This document shows positions 45,068 through 57,352 of a stretch of DNA of 64,000 nt, piece by piece. Origin of the DNA: TPA_inf: Saccharomyces (Eukaryota); assembly GCA_000146045.2 (NCBI GenBank), contig BK006945.2:896001-960000 (forward strand). Reading direction: 5' to 3'. Below the pieces are notes generated by a model. The model made no database searches, was not told the DNA's origin, and worked only from the letters and a program-made list of their open reading frames with translations. The first letter of the stretch is position 1, and every line of letters begins with the position of its first letter. The position numbers and the translations under genes are program-made.

Positions 45068-45121
45068 TTTTGCTCGCGATCTTTAGGTCCGGAGTTTTCG
45101 TTGAACCCTTAGACGAGCAAA
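45068..45121 (+). promoter_or_regulatory. CTR3 upstream region with two inverted Mac1 copper-response elements (CuREs) and, further downstream, a TATA box at 45171-45179
   Basis: TTTGCTCG at 45068-45075 and GAGCAAA at 45115-45121 (reverse complement TTTGCTC) match the CuRE core TTTGC(T/G)C(A/G). TATATAAAG lies at 45171-45179, immediately 5' of the Ty2 LTR. Confidence 0.65.
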
Positions 45122-45191
45122 TTAGCGCCATAAGGATATGCGTCAGAGCACATTAATTAGTGACATATACCTATATAAAGAGCAACCTTCT

Positions 45192-45523
45192 TGTTGGAAT
45201 AAAAATCAACTATCATCTACTAACTAGTATTTACGTTACTAGTATATTATCATATACGGTGTTAGAAGATGACGCAAATGATGAGAAATAGTCATCTAAA
45301 TTAGTGGAAGCTGAAACGCAAGGATTGATAATGTAATAGGATCAATGAATATTAACATATAAAATGATGATAATAATATTTATAGAATTGTGTAGAATTG
45401 CAGATTCCCTTTTATGGATTCCTAAATCCTCGAGGAGAACTTCTAGTATATCTACATACCTAATATTATTGCCTTATTAAAAATGGAATCCCAACAATTA
45501 CATCAAAATCCACATTCTCTTCA
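45192..45523 (+). repeat. Ty2 5' LTR (delta), 332 bp
   Basis: Starts TGTTGGAATA and ends CTCTTCA. Contains the TYA ATG at 45483. By eye it is identical to the 3' LTR. Confidence 0.93.
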
Positions 45524-46799
45524 TGGTAGCGCCTATGCTTCGGTTACTTCTAAGGAAGTCCCATCAAATCAAGATCCGTTAGCCGTTTCAGCTTCCAATT
45601 TACCGGAATTTGATAGAGATTCCACTAAGGTTAATTCTCAACAAGAGACAACACCTGGGACATCAGCTGTTCCAGAGAACCATCATCATGTCTCTCCTCA
45701 ACCTGCTTCAGTACCACCTCCACAGAATGGACAGTACCAACAGCACGGCATGATGACCCCAAACAAAGCTATGGCCTCTAACTGGGCACATTACCAACAA
45801 CCATCTATGATGACGTGTTCACATTATCAAACGTCACCTGCGTATTATCAACCGGACCCACACTATCCGTTGCCACAGTATATCCCACCACTGAGTACTT
45901 CCTCACCTGATCCAATCGATTTAAAAAATCAACACTCTGAAATACCTCAAGCTAAGACAAAGGTGGGAAATAACGTCTTACCACCACACACTTTAACATC
46001 AGAAGAAAACTTTTCTACATGGGTTAAATTTTACATCAGATTTTTGAAGAACTCTAATCTCGGTGACATCATTCCAAATGACCAGGGTGAAATCAAAAGA
46101 CAAATGACTTATGAAGAACATGCGTATATATACAATACCTTCCAAGCATTTGCCCCATTTCATTTATTGCCAACATGGGTAAAACAAATTTTAGAAATTA
46201 ATTATGCTGACATCCTTACAGTCCTTTGTAAAAGTGTGTCCAAAATGCAAACTAACAATCAAGAATTAAAGGATTGGATAGCTCTTGCCAACCTTGAGTA
46301 CGACGGAAGTACATCTGCTGATACATTTGAAATTACAGTCAGTACGATCATTCAGAGGCTAAAAGAAAACAATATCAATGTTAGCGACAGATTGGCCTGT
46401 CAACTAATACTTAAAGGTCTATCCGGTGACTTCAAATACCTACGTAATCAATATCGTACCAAAACGAACATGAAACTTTCCCAATTATTCGCTGAAATTC
46501 AATTAATATATGACGAAAATAAAATCATGAATCTAAATAAACCGTCCCAATACAAACAACACAGCGAATACAAAAATGTTTCTCGCACATCTCCAAACAC
46601 GACTAACACAAAGGTTACAACTCGTAATTATCATAGAACAAATAGTTCAAAACCAAGAGCAGCAAAAGCTCACAATATTGCTACATCTAGTAAATTCTCA
46701 AGGGTGAACAATGATCACATTAATGAATCAACCGTTTCATCACAATACTTAAGCGATGACAACGAACTTAGTCTTAGGCCAGCAACAGAAAGAATCTAA
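45483..46799 (+). CDS. Ty2 TYA (Gag capsid protein), 438 aa
   Basis: [26 protein letters not shown]...[10 protein letters not shown] 438-aa Gag with the Ty2-type sequence (Ty1 Gag is 440 aa and differs N-terminally). Confidence 0.93.
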   Translation: MESQQLHQNPHSLHGSAYASVTSKEVPSNQDPLAVSASNLPEFDRDSTKVNSQQETTPGTSAVPENHHHVSPQPASVPPPQNGQYQQHGMMTPNKAMASNWAHYQQPSMMTCSHYQTSPAYYQPDPHYPLPQYIPPLSTSSPDPIDLKNQHSEIPQAKTKVGNNVLPPHTLTSEENFSTWVKFYIRFLKNSNLGDIIPNDQGEIKRQMTYEEHAYIYNTFQAFAPFHLLPTWVKQILEINYADILTVLCKSVSKMQTNNQELKDWIALANLEYDGSTSADTFEITVSTIIQRLKENNINVSDRLACQLILKGLSGDFKYLRNQYRTKTNMKLSQLFAEIQLIYDENKIMNLNKPSQYKQHSEYKNVSRTSPNTTNTKVTTRNYHRTNSSKPRAAKAHNIATSSKFSRVNNDHINESTVSSQYLSDDNELSLRPATERI

Positions 46800-49700
46800 G
46801 CCAACACACACAATAGACTCGAATGACGAACTACCTGATCACCTTCTTATTGATTCAGGAGCTTCGCAAACGCTTGTCAGATCAGCCCATTATTTACACC
46901 ATGCAACACCCAATTCTGAAATAAACATAGTCGATGCTCAAAAACAAGACATTCCTATAAATGCCATTGGTAATCTTCACTTCAACTTTCAGAACGGCAC
47001 CAAAACATCAATAAAAGCACTACACACACCAAACATAGCCTATGATCTATTAAGTTTGAGTGAGCTGGCTAACCAAAATATTACTGCCTGCTTTACCAGA
47101 AACACTTTAGAAAGATCGGATGGTACAGTACTAGCTCCCATAGTCAAACATGGAGACTTTTACTGGTTATCTAAAAAATACCTAATTCCTTCGCACATTT
47201 CAAAGCTAACAATAAACAACGTCAACAAAAGCAAAAGCGTAAATAAATATCCATATCCGTTAATACATCGAATGCTTGGACATGCTAACTTCCGAAGTAT
47301 TCAGAAGTCTCTTAAGAAGAATGCAGTTACATATTTGAAGGAATCGGATATTGAATGGTCTAACGCTAGCACATATCAATGTCCTGACTGTCTAATCGGC
47401 AAAAGCACGAAACATAGACATGTCAAAGGATCACGACTAAAGTACCAAGAATCATATGAGCCTTTTCAGTACTTGCATACCGATATATTTGGTCCTGTAC
47501 ATCACTTACCGAAAAGTGCACCTTCTTACTTTATATCGTTTACAGATGAGAAAACCAGATTCCAATGGGTGTACCCATTACACGACCGTCGTGAAGAATC
47601 TATCCTCAATGTTTTTACATCGATATTAGCATTTATTAAGAACCAATTCAATGCTCGCGTTCTAGTTATCCAGATGGATCGTGGCTCCGAGTACACTAAC
47701 AAAACTCTTCATAAGTTCTTTACGAACAGAGGTATTACTGCATGCTATACAACCACGGCAGATTCTAGAGCACACGGTGTCGCTGAACGATTAAATCGTA
47801 CTTTATTAAACGATTGTCGCACACTGCTTCATTGCAGTGGTCTACCAAATCATCTATGGTTCTCAGCAGTCGAATTTTCTACTATAATCAGAAATTCATT
47901 AGTCTCACCAAAAAACGATAAATCTGCAAGACAACATGCAGGTTTAGCTGGACTGGACATTACTACTATACTACCTTTCGGTCAACCGGTTATAGTTAAC
48001 AACCATAATCCCGACTCGAAAATACATCCTCGTGGCATTCCAGGTTACGCCTTACATCCGTCACGAAACTCTTATGGCTATATTATCTATCTTCCATCAT
48101 TAAAAAAGACAGTAGATACTACCAATTACGTTATATTACAAGACAACCAATCCAAATTGGACCAATTCAATTATGATACACTCACCTTTGATGATGATCT
48201 CAATCGTTTAACAGCCCATAACCAATCTTTTATTGAACAAAATGAAACAGAGCAGTCATATGATCAAAATACAGAATCTGATCATGACTATCAATCGGAG
48301 ATTGAAATAAACTCTGATCCTCTAGTGAACGACTTCTCGTCCCAATCAATGAACCCCTTACAATTAGACCACGAACCAGTCCAAAAAGTACGTGCACCAA
48401 AAGAAGTTGATGCCGACATATCTGAATACAATATTCTTCCATCTCCTGTACGATCTCGTACACCCCATATCATTAATAAAGAGAGTACCGAAATGGGTGG
48501 TACCATTGAATCAGATACTACTTCACCTAGACACTCGTCTACCTTCACTGCACGAAACCAAAAGCGACCTGGTAGTCCCAATGATATGATTGATTTGACC
48601 TCACAGGATAGAGTTAATTATGGACTTGAAAACATCAAAACTACACGTTTGGGTGGTACGGAGGAACCATATATTCAACGAAATAGTGATACAAATATCA
48701 AATACAGGACTACAAATAGTACGCCCTCAATAGATGACCGTTCGTCCAACAGTGAATCCACTACTCCCATCATCTCCATAGAAACAAAGGCTGTATGTGA
48801 TAATACACCCTCCATTGATACGGATCCGCCAGAATATCGATCTTCTGACCATGCGACTCCTAATATAATGCCTGACAAATCCTCAAAAAATGTTACGGCT
48901 GATTCTATTCTTGACGACCTCCCACTTCCTGACTTAACCCATAAATCTCCTACGGACACTTCTGATGTTTCAAAAGATATTCCACACATACACTCTCGTC
49001 AGACTAATTCCAGTTTGGGTGGTATGGATGATTCTAATGTTCTGACTACTACCAAAAGTAAGAAAAGATCATTAGAAGATAATGAAACTGAAATTGAGGT
49101 ATCCCGAGACACATGGAATAATAAGAATATGAGAAGTCTGGAACCACCAAGATCGAAGAAACGCATAAATTTAATTGCAGCAATAAAAGGAGTGAAATCG
49201 ATCAAACCAGTTCGAACGACCTTAAGATATGATGAAGCAATTACATATAATAAAGACAACAAAGAAAAAGACAGATATGTTGAAGCTTATCATAAAGAAA
49301 TTAGCCAACTATTGAAAATGAACACTTGGGATACAAACAAATATTATGATAGAAATGACATAGATCCTAAAAAAGTAATAAACTCAATGTTTATATTTAA
49401 CAAGAAACGTGATGGTACACACAAAGCTAGATTTGTTGCAAGAGGCGACATTCAACACCCCGATACATATGATTCTGATATGCAATCCAATACCGTACAT
49501 CACTATGCACTGATGACGTCACTGTCAATCGCATTAGACAACGACTATTATATCACACAGCTGGACATATCCTCTGCTTACTTATATGCTGATATCAAAG
49601 AAGAATTATACATAAGACCTCCACCACATTTAGGTTTGAATGATAAATTACTACGTTTGAGAAAATCACTCTATGGTTTGAAACAAAGTGGTGCAAACTG

Positions 49701-50796
49701 GTATGAAACCATTAAATCATATTTAATAAATTGTTGCGACATGCAAGAAGTTCGCGGATGGTCATGCGTATTTAAGAATAGTCAAGTAACAATTTGCTTA
49801 TTCGTTGATGATATGATATTATTCAGCAAAGACTTAAATGCAAATAAGAAAATCATAACAACACTCAAGAAACAATACGATACAAAGATAATAAATCTGG
49901 GTGAAAGAGATAACGAAATTCAGTACGACATACTTGGATTAGAGATCAAATATCAAAGAAGCAAGTACATGAAATTAGGTATGGAAAAATCCTTGACAGA
50001 AAAATTACCCAAACTAAACGTACCTTTGAACCCAAAAGGAAAGAAACTTAGAGCTCCAGGTCAACCAGGTCATTATATAGACCAGGATGAACTAGAAATA
50101 GATGAAGATGAATACAAAGAGAAGGTACATGAAATGCAAAAGTTGATTGGTCTAGCTTCATATGTTGGATATAAATTTAGATTTGACTTACTATACTACA
50201 TCAACACACTTGCTCAACATATACTATTCCCCTCTAGACAAGTTTTAGACATGACATATGAGTTAATACAATTCATGTGGGACACTAGAGATAAACAATT
50301 AATATGGCACAAAAACAAACCTACCAAGCCAGATAATAAACTAGTCGCAATAAGCGATGCTTCATATGGTAACCAACCATATTACAAGTCACAAATTGGT
50401 AACATTTTCCTACTCAACGGAAAAGTGATTGGAGGAAAGTCGACAAAGGCTTCGTTAACATGCACTTCAACTACAGAAGCAGAAATACACGCAGTCAGTG
50501 AAGCTATACCGCTATTGAATAACCTCAGTCACCTTGTGCAAGAACTTAACAAGAAACCAATTATTAAAGGCTTACTTACTGATAGTAGATCAACGATCAG
50601 TATAATTAAGTCTACAAATGAAGAGAAATTTAGAAACAGATTTTTTGGCACAAAGGCAATGAGACTTAGAGATGAAGTATCAGGTAATAATTTATACGTA
50701 TACTACATCGAGACCAAGAAGAACATTGCTGATGTGATGACAAAACCTCTTCCGATAAAAACATTTAAACTATTAACAAACAAATGGATTCATTAG
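46756..50796 (+). CDS. Ty2 TYB (Pol: protease, integrase, reverse transcriptase/RNase H), expressed as a Gag-Pol fusion by +1 frameshift at CTT-AGG-C (46773-46779)
   Basis: The +1 ORF overlaps the TYA end by 44 nt. Protease DSGAS, integrase HHCC zinc finger and DD35E, and RT YxDD (FVDDM) are all present and uninterrupted. Confidence 0.93.
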   Translation: MTTNLVLGQQQKESKPTHTIDSNDELPDHLLIDSGASQTLVRSAHYLHHATPNSEINIVDAQKQDIPINAIGNLHFNFQNGTKTSIKALHTPNIAYDLLSLSELANQNITACFTRNTLERSDGTVLAPIVKHGDFYWLSKKYLIPSHISKLTINNVNKSKSVNKYPYPLIHRMLGHANFRSIQKSLKKNAVTYLKESDIEWSNASTYQCPDCLIGKSTKHRHVKGSRLKYQESYEPFQYLHTDIFGPVHHLPKSAPSYFISFTDEKTRFQWVYPLHDRREESILNVFTSILAFIKNQFNARVLVIQMDRGSEYTNKTLHKFFTNRGITACYTTTADSRAHGVAERLNRTLLNDCRTLLHCSGLPNHLWFSAVEFSTIIRNSLVSPKNDKSARQHAGLAGLDITTILPFGQPVIVNNHNPDSKIHPRGIPGYALHPSRNSYGYIIYLPSLKKTVDTTNYVILQDNQSKLDQFNYDTLTFDDDLNRLTAHNQSFIEQNETEQSYDQNTESDHDYQSEIEINSDPLVNDFSSQSMNPLQLDHEPVQKVRAPKEVDADISEYNILPSPVRSRTPHIINKESTEMGGTIESDTTSPRHSSTFTARNQKRPGSPNDMIDLTSQDRVNYGLENIKTTRLGGTEEPYIQRNSDTNIKYRTTNSTPSIDDRSSNSESTTPIISIETKAVCDNTPSIDTDPPEYRSSDHATPNIMPDKSSKNVTADSILDDLPLPDLTHKSPTDTSDVSKDIPHIHSRQTNSSLGGMDDSNVLTTTKSKKRSLEDNETEIEVSRDTWNNKNMRSLEPPRSKKRINLIAAIKGVKSIKPVRTTLRYDEAITYNKDNKEKDRYVEAYHKEISQLLKMNTWDTNKYYDRNDIDPKKVINSMFIFNKKRDGTHKARFVARGDIQHPDTYDSDMQSNTVHHYALMTSLSIALDNDYYITQLDISSAYLYADIKEELYIRPPPHLGLNDKLLRLRKSLYGLKQSGANWYETIKSYLINCCDMQEVRGWSCVFKNSQVTICLFVDDMILFSKDLNANKKIITTLKKQYDTKIINLGERDNEIQYDILGLEIKYQRSKYMKLGMEKSLTEKLPKLNVPLNPKGKKLRAPGQPGHYIDQDELEIDEDEYKEKVHEMQKLIGLASYVGYKFRFDLLYYINTLAQHILFPSRQVLDMTYELIQFMWDTRDKQLIWHKNKPTKPDNKLVAISDASYGNQPYYKSQIGNIFLLNGKVIGGKSTKASLTCTSTTEAEIHAVSEAIPLLNNLSHLVQELNKKPIIKGLLTDSRSTISIIKSTNEEKFRNRFFGTKAMRLRDEVSGNNLYVYYIETKKNIADVMTKPLPIKTFKLLTNKWIH

Positions 50797-50818
50797 ATCT
50801 ATTACATTATGGGTGGTA

Positions 50819-51150
50819 TGTTGGAATAAAAATCAACTATCATCTACTAACTAGTATTTACGTTACTAGTATATTATCATATACGGTGTTAGAAGATGAC
50901 GCAAATGATGAGAAATAGTCATCTAAATTAGTGGAAGCTGAAACGCAAGGATTGATAATGTAATAGGATCAATGAATATTAACATATAAAATGATGATAA
51001 TAATATTTATAGAATTGTGTAGAATTGCAGATTCCCTTTTATGGATTCCTAAATCCTCGAGGAGAACTTCTAGTATATCTACATACCTAATATTATTGCC
51101 TTATTAAAAATGGAATCCCAACAATTACATCAAAATCCACATTCTCTTCA
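50819..51150 (+). repeat. Ty2 3' LTR (delta), 332 bp
   Basis: Preceded by the polypurine tract GGGTGGTA and followed by the target-site duplication CTTCT. Confidence 0.93.
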
Positions 51151-51252
51151 CTTCTCCGATAGACTTGTAATTTATCTTATTTCATTTCCTAACACTTTGA
51201 TCGAAGAAGAGGGATAACAACAGACGAAAACACATTTAAGGGCTATACAAAG

Positions 51253-51978
51253 ATGAATATGGGAGGCAGTAGCAGCACTGCTGCCAAAAAAGCGACTTGT
51301 AAAATATCGATGTTATGGAATTGGTATACCATTGACACCTGCTTCATTGCCAGATCTTGGAGAAATGACACCAAAGGAAAATTTGCTGGTTCTTGCATCG
51401 GCTGTTTTGCGCTTGTGGTGGTAGCTCAATGGCTTACTCGTTTTTCAAGGCAATTTGACGTAGAGCTATTAAAAAGACAGAAAATAAAGCATTTAGCTAG
51501 TTACTCGCCAGAGGAGTACGTTGTCAAATGTGGAGAAGAGGATGCTAAATCTGATATAGAAGAACTACAAGGCTTTTACAACGAACCAAGCTGGAAAACA
51601 ACTTTAATTTCCTTACAAAAAAGTTTCATTTATAGTTTTTACGTTTGGGGTCCAAGGAGATTGAACGAGCCAGAAGACGACCTGTTAAAGAAGGTCCTAT
51701 CATGCTGTACATTAATAACGCCAGTGGATTTGTACCCAACTTTTTTGGATCACATGATAAGAGTTACTATTTTCGTATTACAGTGGGGGTTATCTTATAT
51801 CATCATGCTGCTGTTCATGTACTATAACGGCTATATCATTATTAGTTGTTTAATAGGTGCTATCGTTGGTCGTTTCATATTTTGCTATGAACCTCTAGGC
51901 TCATTGGGTGCTAATGGATCAGCCCAGGGTACAGTGAGTTATGATAAAGAGAGTGATGATCGCAAATGCTGCTTGTAG
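51253..51978 (+). CDS. CTR3: CTR3, a high-affinity copper transporter, 241 aa
   Basis: 241-aa ORF MNMGGSSSTAAKKATCKISMLWNWYTID... with a Cys-rich N-terminus and three transmembrane segments including a GxxxG-type helix. The ATG is 103 bp downstream of the Ty2 3' LTR. Confidence 0.9.
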   Translation: MNMGGSSSTAAKKATCKISMLWNWYTIDTCFIARSWRNDTKGKFAGSCIGCFALVVVAQWLTRFSRQFDVELLKRQKIKHLASYSPEEYVVKCGEEDAKSDIEELQGFYNEPSWKTTLISLQKSFIYSFYVWGPRRLNEPEDDLLKKVLSCCTLITPVDLYPTFLDHMIRVTIFVLQWGLSYIIMLLFMYYNGYIIISCLIGAIVGRFIFCYEPLGSLGANGSAQGTVSYDKESDDRKCCL

Positions 51979-52367
51979 AAAGACAAAAATGAATAGAGGA
52001 AAGCCGAGAGGTTTGTTTCAAAAATTGACGCCTTCCTCATTTTTTTCATAATTAGCTGGTAAAAGTTACTATTTGTAACGACTGCTAAATAACAAATAAT
52101 TATTCGTGTAAAAATAAATAGCTAATACCACCAGGTGTTCATATTCCATGACTGCATATTTGGGAAACGAGACGGTTTGAACATCCTTAGTTGATGTAAA
52201 ACTATAATAAAAGCTCTATGGGAAGTAAACTATCTGCGGGTCGGGTAAGGAATGATGCTTGCTCGACGTGTAGCGATGAAAAAAGTGAAAACTTATTTGA
52301 ACTCTAGAAAACTGCTAAGATCCTGAACTGATACCGAAGTTAATGACCTTGACCGGTCTTCTGCTGT

Positions 52368-53192
52368 ATGGATTTTAAAGCAAGTGGGACAAAGTTTAAG
52401 AAAACTGGCAAGAAGGTAGTGCCTGCTAAAGCGTTTGAAGAAATTGTTCAGACAAATAGAGATGTTCTGAAAAAATCAGCATTCCTCTCAGATTTACTTG
52501 AAAATTTACAACCGCACCTCAATAACATTAAGAAAATACGATGTGTTGCAATTGGAAATTTCAAGGAGGATTTTCCTGCGACGTACCAATTCGCTCTTCT
52601 CCTAGAGATTACTGATTATATAAAAAGTGAGGATGAAAGGGATGTCGTTGTTTCCCTGTATGATCCAATATTTACTAAAGAAGAGATACAGTACTTGAAA
52701 AGTTTAGGAAGCAAATGGCTGATAGAGGAAGAATTTTCAGAGAACGATGCAATTGATTATGAATCGGTATTATATTTCCTTCCCCATGCTCCTTTGGATT
52801 TAACTGAGAACATACTATCGTCACAGCGACCACACTTATGGCTGGCAAATAATATGATATCACACACCGATAGATACACCAAAGCAAAACTTTGTGAAAA
52901 CTATCCTAATTTAAGCAAGCTAGTTCATTACTTGCAGACTAACGCTCCGCCAGAAGTTAAAAAAGCACATGATGTAGATGGTTTTGCAACATTCATTCCA
53001 AAGAGAAAAAGAAAAAACAGAAACAACTCCTCTAAACTCAAGGTCACACCATCTGATATAGACTATGATTCAATAGCACCGAAGTTTAAGTCCTGCCAAA
53101 TACTCACCGATTTTGATGAAGGAAAGTATTTGAAGGAAAAACCCTGGATCAATTCCTTCTCTGACTTGACGTTACATGCTATAGAGTACTAA
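52368..53192 (+). CDS. BER1: BER1, an SRR1-family protein, 274 aa
   Basis: 274-aa ORF in the expected position (YLR412W). Confidence 0.78.
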
Positions 53193-55155
53193 CATATCAT
53201 TCACTACATAGTACTTTATAACTAAACTGTAACCTTTCAGGGCATCGTAACCTGACGCTTTACCATCAATAACGACACGAGACCGCTTTATCTATGATAC
53301 TGGAACAATCAACATGATTGTTATAAATGTACTCGACAGGATCATGAAAGGATACCAACTTAGTTGCCGGTTCATTGAAATGGAAAGCTCAAGAACGTAT
53401 ACTGAAAGAGAGCGACGTCTACTTTGCCCACAAAAATCTACTCTCTGAATTGAATAGTATTTAGAGATTGCATAATTCAAGCCCTCCTCGAGGAAAGGAT
53501 ATAAATGAAAATACCGTTTTTCCTGCTGATGGTTATCGTCCCTGTCAAGGATACTTCTCGGACTCGAACAACGTTACAGCTCAACTTAAAGAAGGCTAAA
53601 TACGACAAGGGCGCTTGCCCTAAGAGGAACTGTTTCTAAGTTCTAACGAGTGCCTGCGAAGATCGGTTTTTTTTAACTTCGCGGGCGAATTGATAAATAA
53701 AGTTCTTCTTGCAATTTTTTAAGATCAAGGTTGGGGCAAAAAGGACGCAAACGAATGGTTGGGTTAAGAAAGTGGAAAGACCCAAACCTGAAGTTCATTT
53801 AGTTCTTGGCGGAATGAATCATTCGAACGGCGCAATACGCTCGTCAAAGAAGGAGGTATGATTTATGACGGTTTGTGGGTAGCCCTCTAAACACGTGGAG
53901 AGTAACCTTTTCTGTTTAGCGATCCTAGAACTGCGAACAATGGTAGCTATTCGCTTACTCAACAATATTGTTCTTGATTAATGCATTCAAATATGTAACT
54001 TCGTCCCTCATATAAGCGTCTGACGCGTCGTGAAAATTTACCCTCTCAAGAAAATACAAGAGATTACGTAAAATTAGAAACCAAAAGATATGAGTGGAAC
54101 AGACACATATCACCCATATTTCCTTTTCACGTAAGAAAACTTAAGTACTAGTGCGGTGCCTGCGTTAGTGCTTGTCTTTAGGTCAAACAGGTCATCTTGA
54201 CCAACTTAGCTTATAATAAGAATGATAATCGATTACTCTAAATAGCATTCTTTCATTTGCGGCATCTTATAACCCACACACCGCATTTAGGACCCGTTTT
54301 TTTTCTTTTTTTTTTTGTTGAAAAAATTCAACAGTTCCTATTTTTTTCTTTTCATTCTTTTTTTTTGCCTTGCCTTCGTTTCGAGAATTCTTTTTCTTTT
54401 TCTTTAGGTAAGGGACCTTCTCAGCTGAGGCACGGTGGGGTTTGTAATAGTGTCCATTCTGGCACAAATGCATAAGTGATGCTAAAATAGTGATACGTCT
54501 AAACAAAACGGTTTGGATGCCTAGCAAATAGTAAAAAGACTTGAATATATCACTTTTATCACTATGTAAAAAAACTGAGTTATATTATTAAGTTTTTTTT
54601 GAAATGTTCCCGTTTGACGTGTATTTAGTACAGTATGTTCCGTGGATACTGTTTAGGTGCATTTAAGCGCTCCAGAACTCTCCTTTAAATTCCTGCAGCA
54701 CTCCGTCAGTTGCTTCGTAAATCCGCCTGGATACCGCCTTGAAGATTAAAGTTCCCCTCAGTACTCGTTTAGCTTGAATCCACCGCATTATGGCCTGGTA
54801 AATTCCCTAGTTGCTTTTTTCTATACGGCGTCGTCCCTGGAAAAAAAAAACTTGCCTACAGATCTTAGTAGACAAATTTAACTACGTCAATCTATTGTTC
54901 TGCTTAAAAAAAAAGTTGAAATTGTTAAATCCTCAACAAACTTATCGCTTTTCAAGCTGCTGCAATCATAGATCTTACACTTCTACACAGAATTTTTTTT
55001 TCCTGTAAAAAGAACGACAAAATATATAAACCTTTGACAATCTAGCTGCATTTACTCACATTAAGCCTTGAGATTTTCATTTACTTCATAATAGCTTGTA
55101 GATGCGATGCTGATACAGTAAAATAAAAATTCAGTAATACAGTCAAATTATTGCG

Positions 55156-57183
55156 ATGAATTTTAAAATACTCCTCCCGATTTGTGCTTTATTGACACTT
55201 ACAACATTTCTGTTGACCATTATTGCAACTGCGGGTTCTACCTCAAATTATAAGCCAATAACGAACATTTATATCGGTGATGCTGATATATCAAAAATCA
55301 ACGTTACAAAAGTTATGCCACAAGTTGGCCCAATTTTGACTGTGTTAGGTTCTGCTCTAACCGCTCCAAATACAACGGTGGATACCATCTTCGGCGCTCT
55401 TAAGGCAATCGCTTCTACCGAAGCCTTGTCTCCTTTACTGCACTTGTTGTCTAATGCTGCTAACACTTCAGCCACATTATCATCTTTGACACAGTTGGCT
55501 CCAATGGCTTTGCTAGGAACCAATACCGCTACTACCACGACCTTCTCCGCTCTTGATGAGTTATTGACTACCTCTAAAAACACAACCGAACTCTTGGATG
55601 GGTTTAGCACATTGATGTCATCTATGTCAACCAACACTTCTTCTACTTCGGCTTCCTTAGAAAATACTGTTCTAACCCTATTAGTGGATTCGACCAATCC
55701 TATAGGCACTACTGAGTCTTTGATCACTTTAAATAATATGACCACAGAAGAAAAGACAAAATTGTCGCCTGTATTCGAGTTATTCGCAAGTTCCAAGAAC
55801 ATTACTGCCACATGCGATGCGTTAGAAACCATAATGAACTCTACCATTCCAACTTCAACGGTCTCCTCATTGTTTTCTAGTCTAAAAACCAGTCTTGCGG
55901 AAGGTGGCAATGCTACTGAAACTATTATGCAATTAGGCTCCCTCGTTCCTTCGAGTTTAAAACCAGCTGTCCAAGCTGTTGTTACTCTGTTTGATGAAAC
56001 TACATCTCAAAATGTAACATTATCCGTATTGAGCACTATGATTGCCGAAAACATTACCCAATCATCTTCCGCTAAAGCTGCCATGGGTGCTTTGACTGAC
56101 TTGTTGAATTACACTACAAACCAAACAGAGCTGCTAACATCTGTCGAAAGTTTGGCCCTCTCTAAAGAAGCCGCTTCCTCTACTAACCAATTGGTGGCAC
56201 TTGATGAAATCCTTTCTGCAAGTGCTAACGCATCCACAGTTGTTTCCATAATCCCTACTTTGGAATCCCAATTGGCCAATAACACCGTATTACTTAAGTA
56301 CGTTCCATACTTGTTCAGCCTATTAGCTGCGTCAAGCGACCCCGTGTCAAGTTTCTCTTCTCTGGTTAATATCACCAAATGGGCAGAAACTAATGCCGCT
56401 ACATTTATGCCCATGTTGAAAATTTTAAACTCTGCTGTAAACATGACAACTATCACACCAGAACAACTCAAGGAAATGACTCCTTCTATCCTTGAATATC
56501 TACACATCCCTGTCATATACCGTTTGTCCATTTTCACAATGTGTCGTGCTCACTTAAACAGAACAATGTACTCGTGTAGCAAGTCACACGCTGTTCAAAA
56601 CATGGATTTCCGGTCGATTGTTTACAACAACATTGAAGGCTCGGACTTTAAACCTTATATGGATGCCCTGAACATCGGTAAGGACGATTTGCATTTAGAT
56701 GGTGAATTACAAGACAGACAACACATGTATGTCCCAGCAGTGAAAGCAGCTTTAGCTATGAACTTAATGTGCATAATCACATCCTTCTTCTTAATGGTAT
56801 TCTTGTTGCTACTAAGTAGACGTTCCGTGGTGAGTCAAAAATTATGGTTGGCATTGGGCTTTATTTCCTGTTGGATATGTATTTTCAGCGGGTTGGGAAG
56901 CACAATCTTTAGCGTCATCCTTAATATGATGAAATCCGGCTCCAAGAAGGACAATTACGATGTCATTATTTCTGGCTCTTCTCCATTTTATGGCCTAATG
57001 TGGTCTGGATTTGTATTTGCCGTCCTTGTATTTCTCTGCATTGCATACTGCTGGTGGAGCAGCAGAAAGGGAGCTGCCATCGTGGAAGCTGAGAAAGCTG
57101 TTCAAGAAAGTGACTCTACTACCTCAAGAATCATTGAAGAACACGAAAGCCCCATTGATGCTGAAAAAAACTTTGCAAGGTAA
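55156..57183 (+). CDS. INA1: YLR413W-like plasma-membrane protein of the SUR7/PalI (claudin-like) family with a very long Ser/Thr/Ala-rich extracellular loop, 675 aa
   Basis: N-terminal transmembrane helix, then a roughly 450-aa low-complexity extracellular region, a Cys-containing SUR7-like segment and three more transmembrane helices. A paralogous four-TM architecture is seen in adjacent PUN1. The gene name is recalled from memory as INA1 and is less certain than the ORF call. Confidence 0.75.
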
Positions 57184-57352
57184 AATAATAAAAAGAAGAT
57201 CATGCAACATCACCCCGTAAATTTTTTCAATTCTCCATCCTTTTAATTTTCTTCATTATAATTTTCTGAATTGTATATAGACAATATATTTTAATCATAT
57301 TTAATATGAAACGGAACACAAAAATTAATTAATAACCTTGCCTTTTTCAAAT

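Larger units (their letters stand above)
45192..51150 (+). mobile_element. Full-length Ty2 LTR-retrotransposon (5959 bp) inserted in the CTR3 promoter, with target-site duplication CTTCT
   Basis: 332-bp delta LTRs (TGTTGG...TTCA) at both ends. 5-bp direct repeats CTTCT at 45187-45191 and 51151-55. PBS TGGTAGCGCC at 45524-45533 (tRNA-iMet primer site); PPT GGGTGGTA at 50811-50818. The 438-aa Gag is of the Ty2 type. Confidence 0.95.

Noticed and set aside
45001-45191. Looked for a tRNA or solo-LTR remnant between VIP1 and the Ty2 that could explain the insertion site
   Set aside because: No LTR termini (TGTTGG/TTCA) and no tRNA-like fold. The interval instead contains CuRE and TATA promoter elements.
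53553-53562. GTTCGAGTCC (minus strand), resembling a tRNA B-box, plus a second TTCGAAT string near 53822
   Set aside because: No complementary T-stem, no upstream A-box or D-arm, and no acceptor-stem pairing. It cannot be folded into a cloverleaf.
55269-56537. 213-aa and 142-aa minus-strand ORFs inside the YLR413W coding region
   Set aside because: They are antisense to a long, clearly coding low-complexity gene whose skewed composition suppresses stops on the opposite strand.
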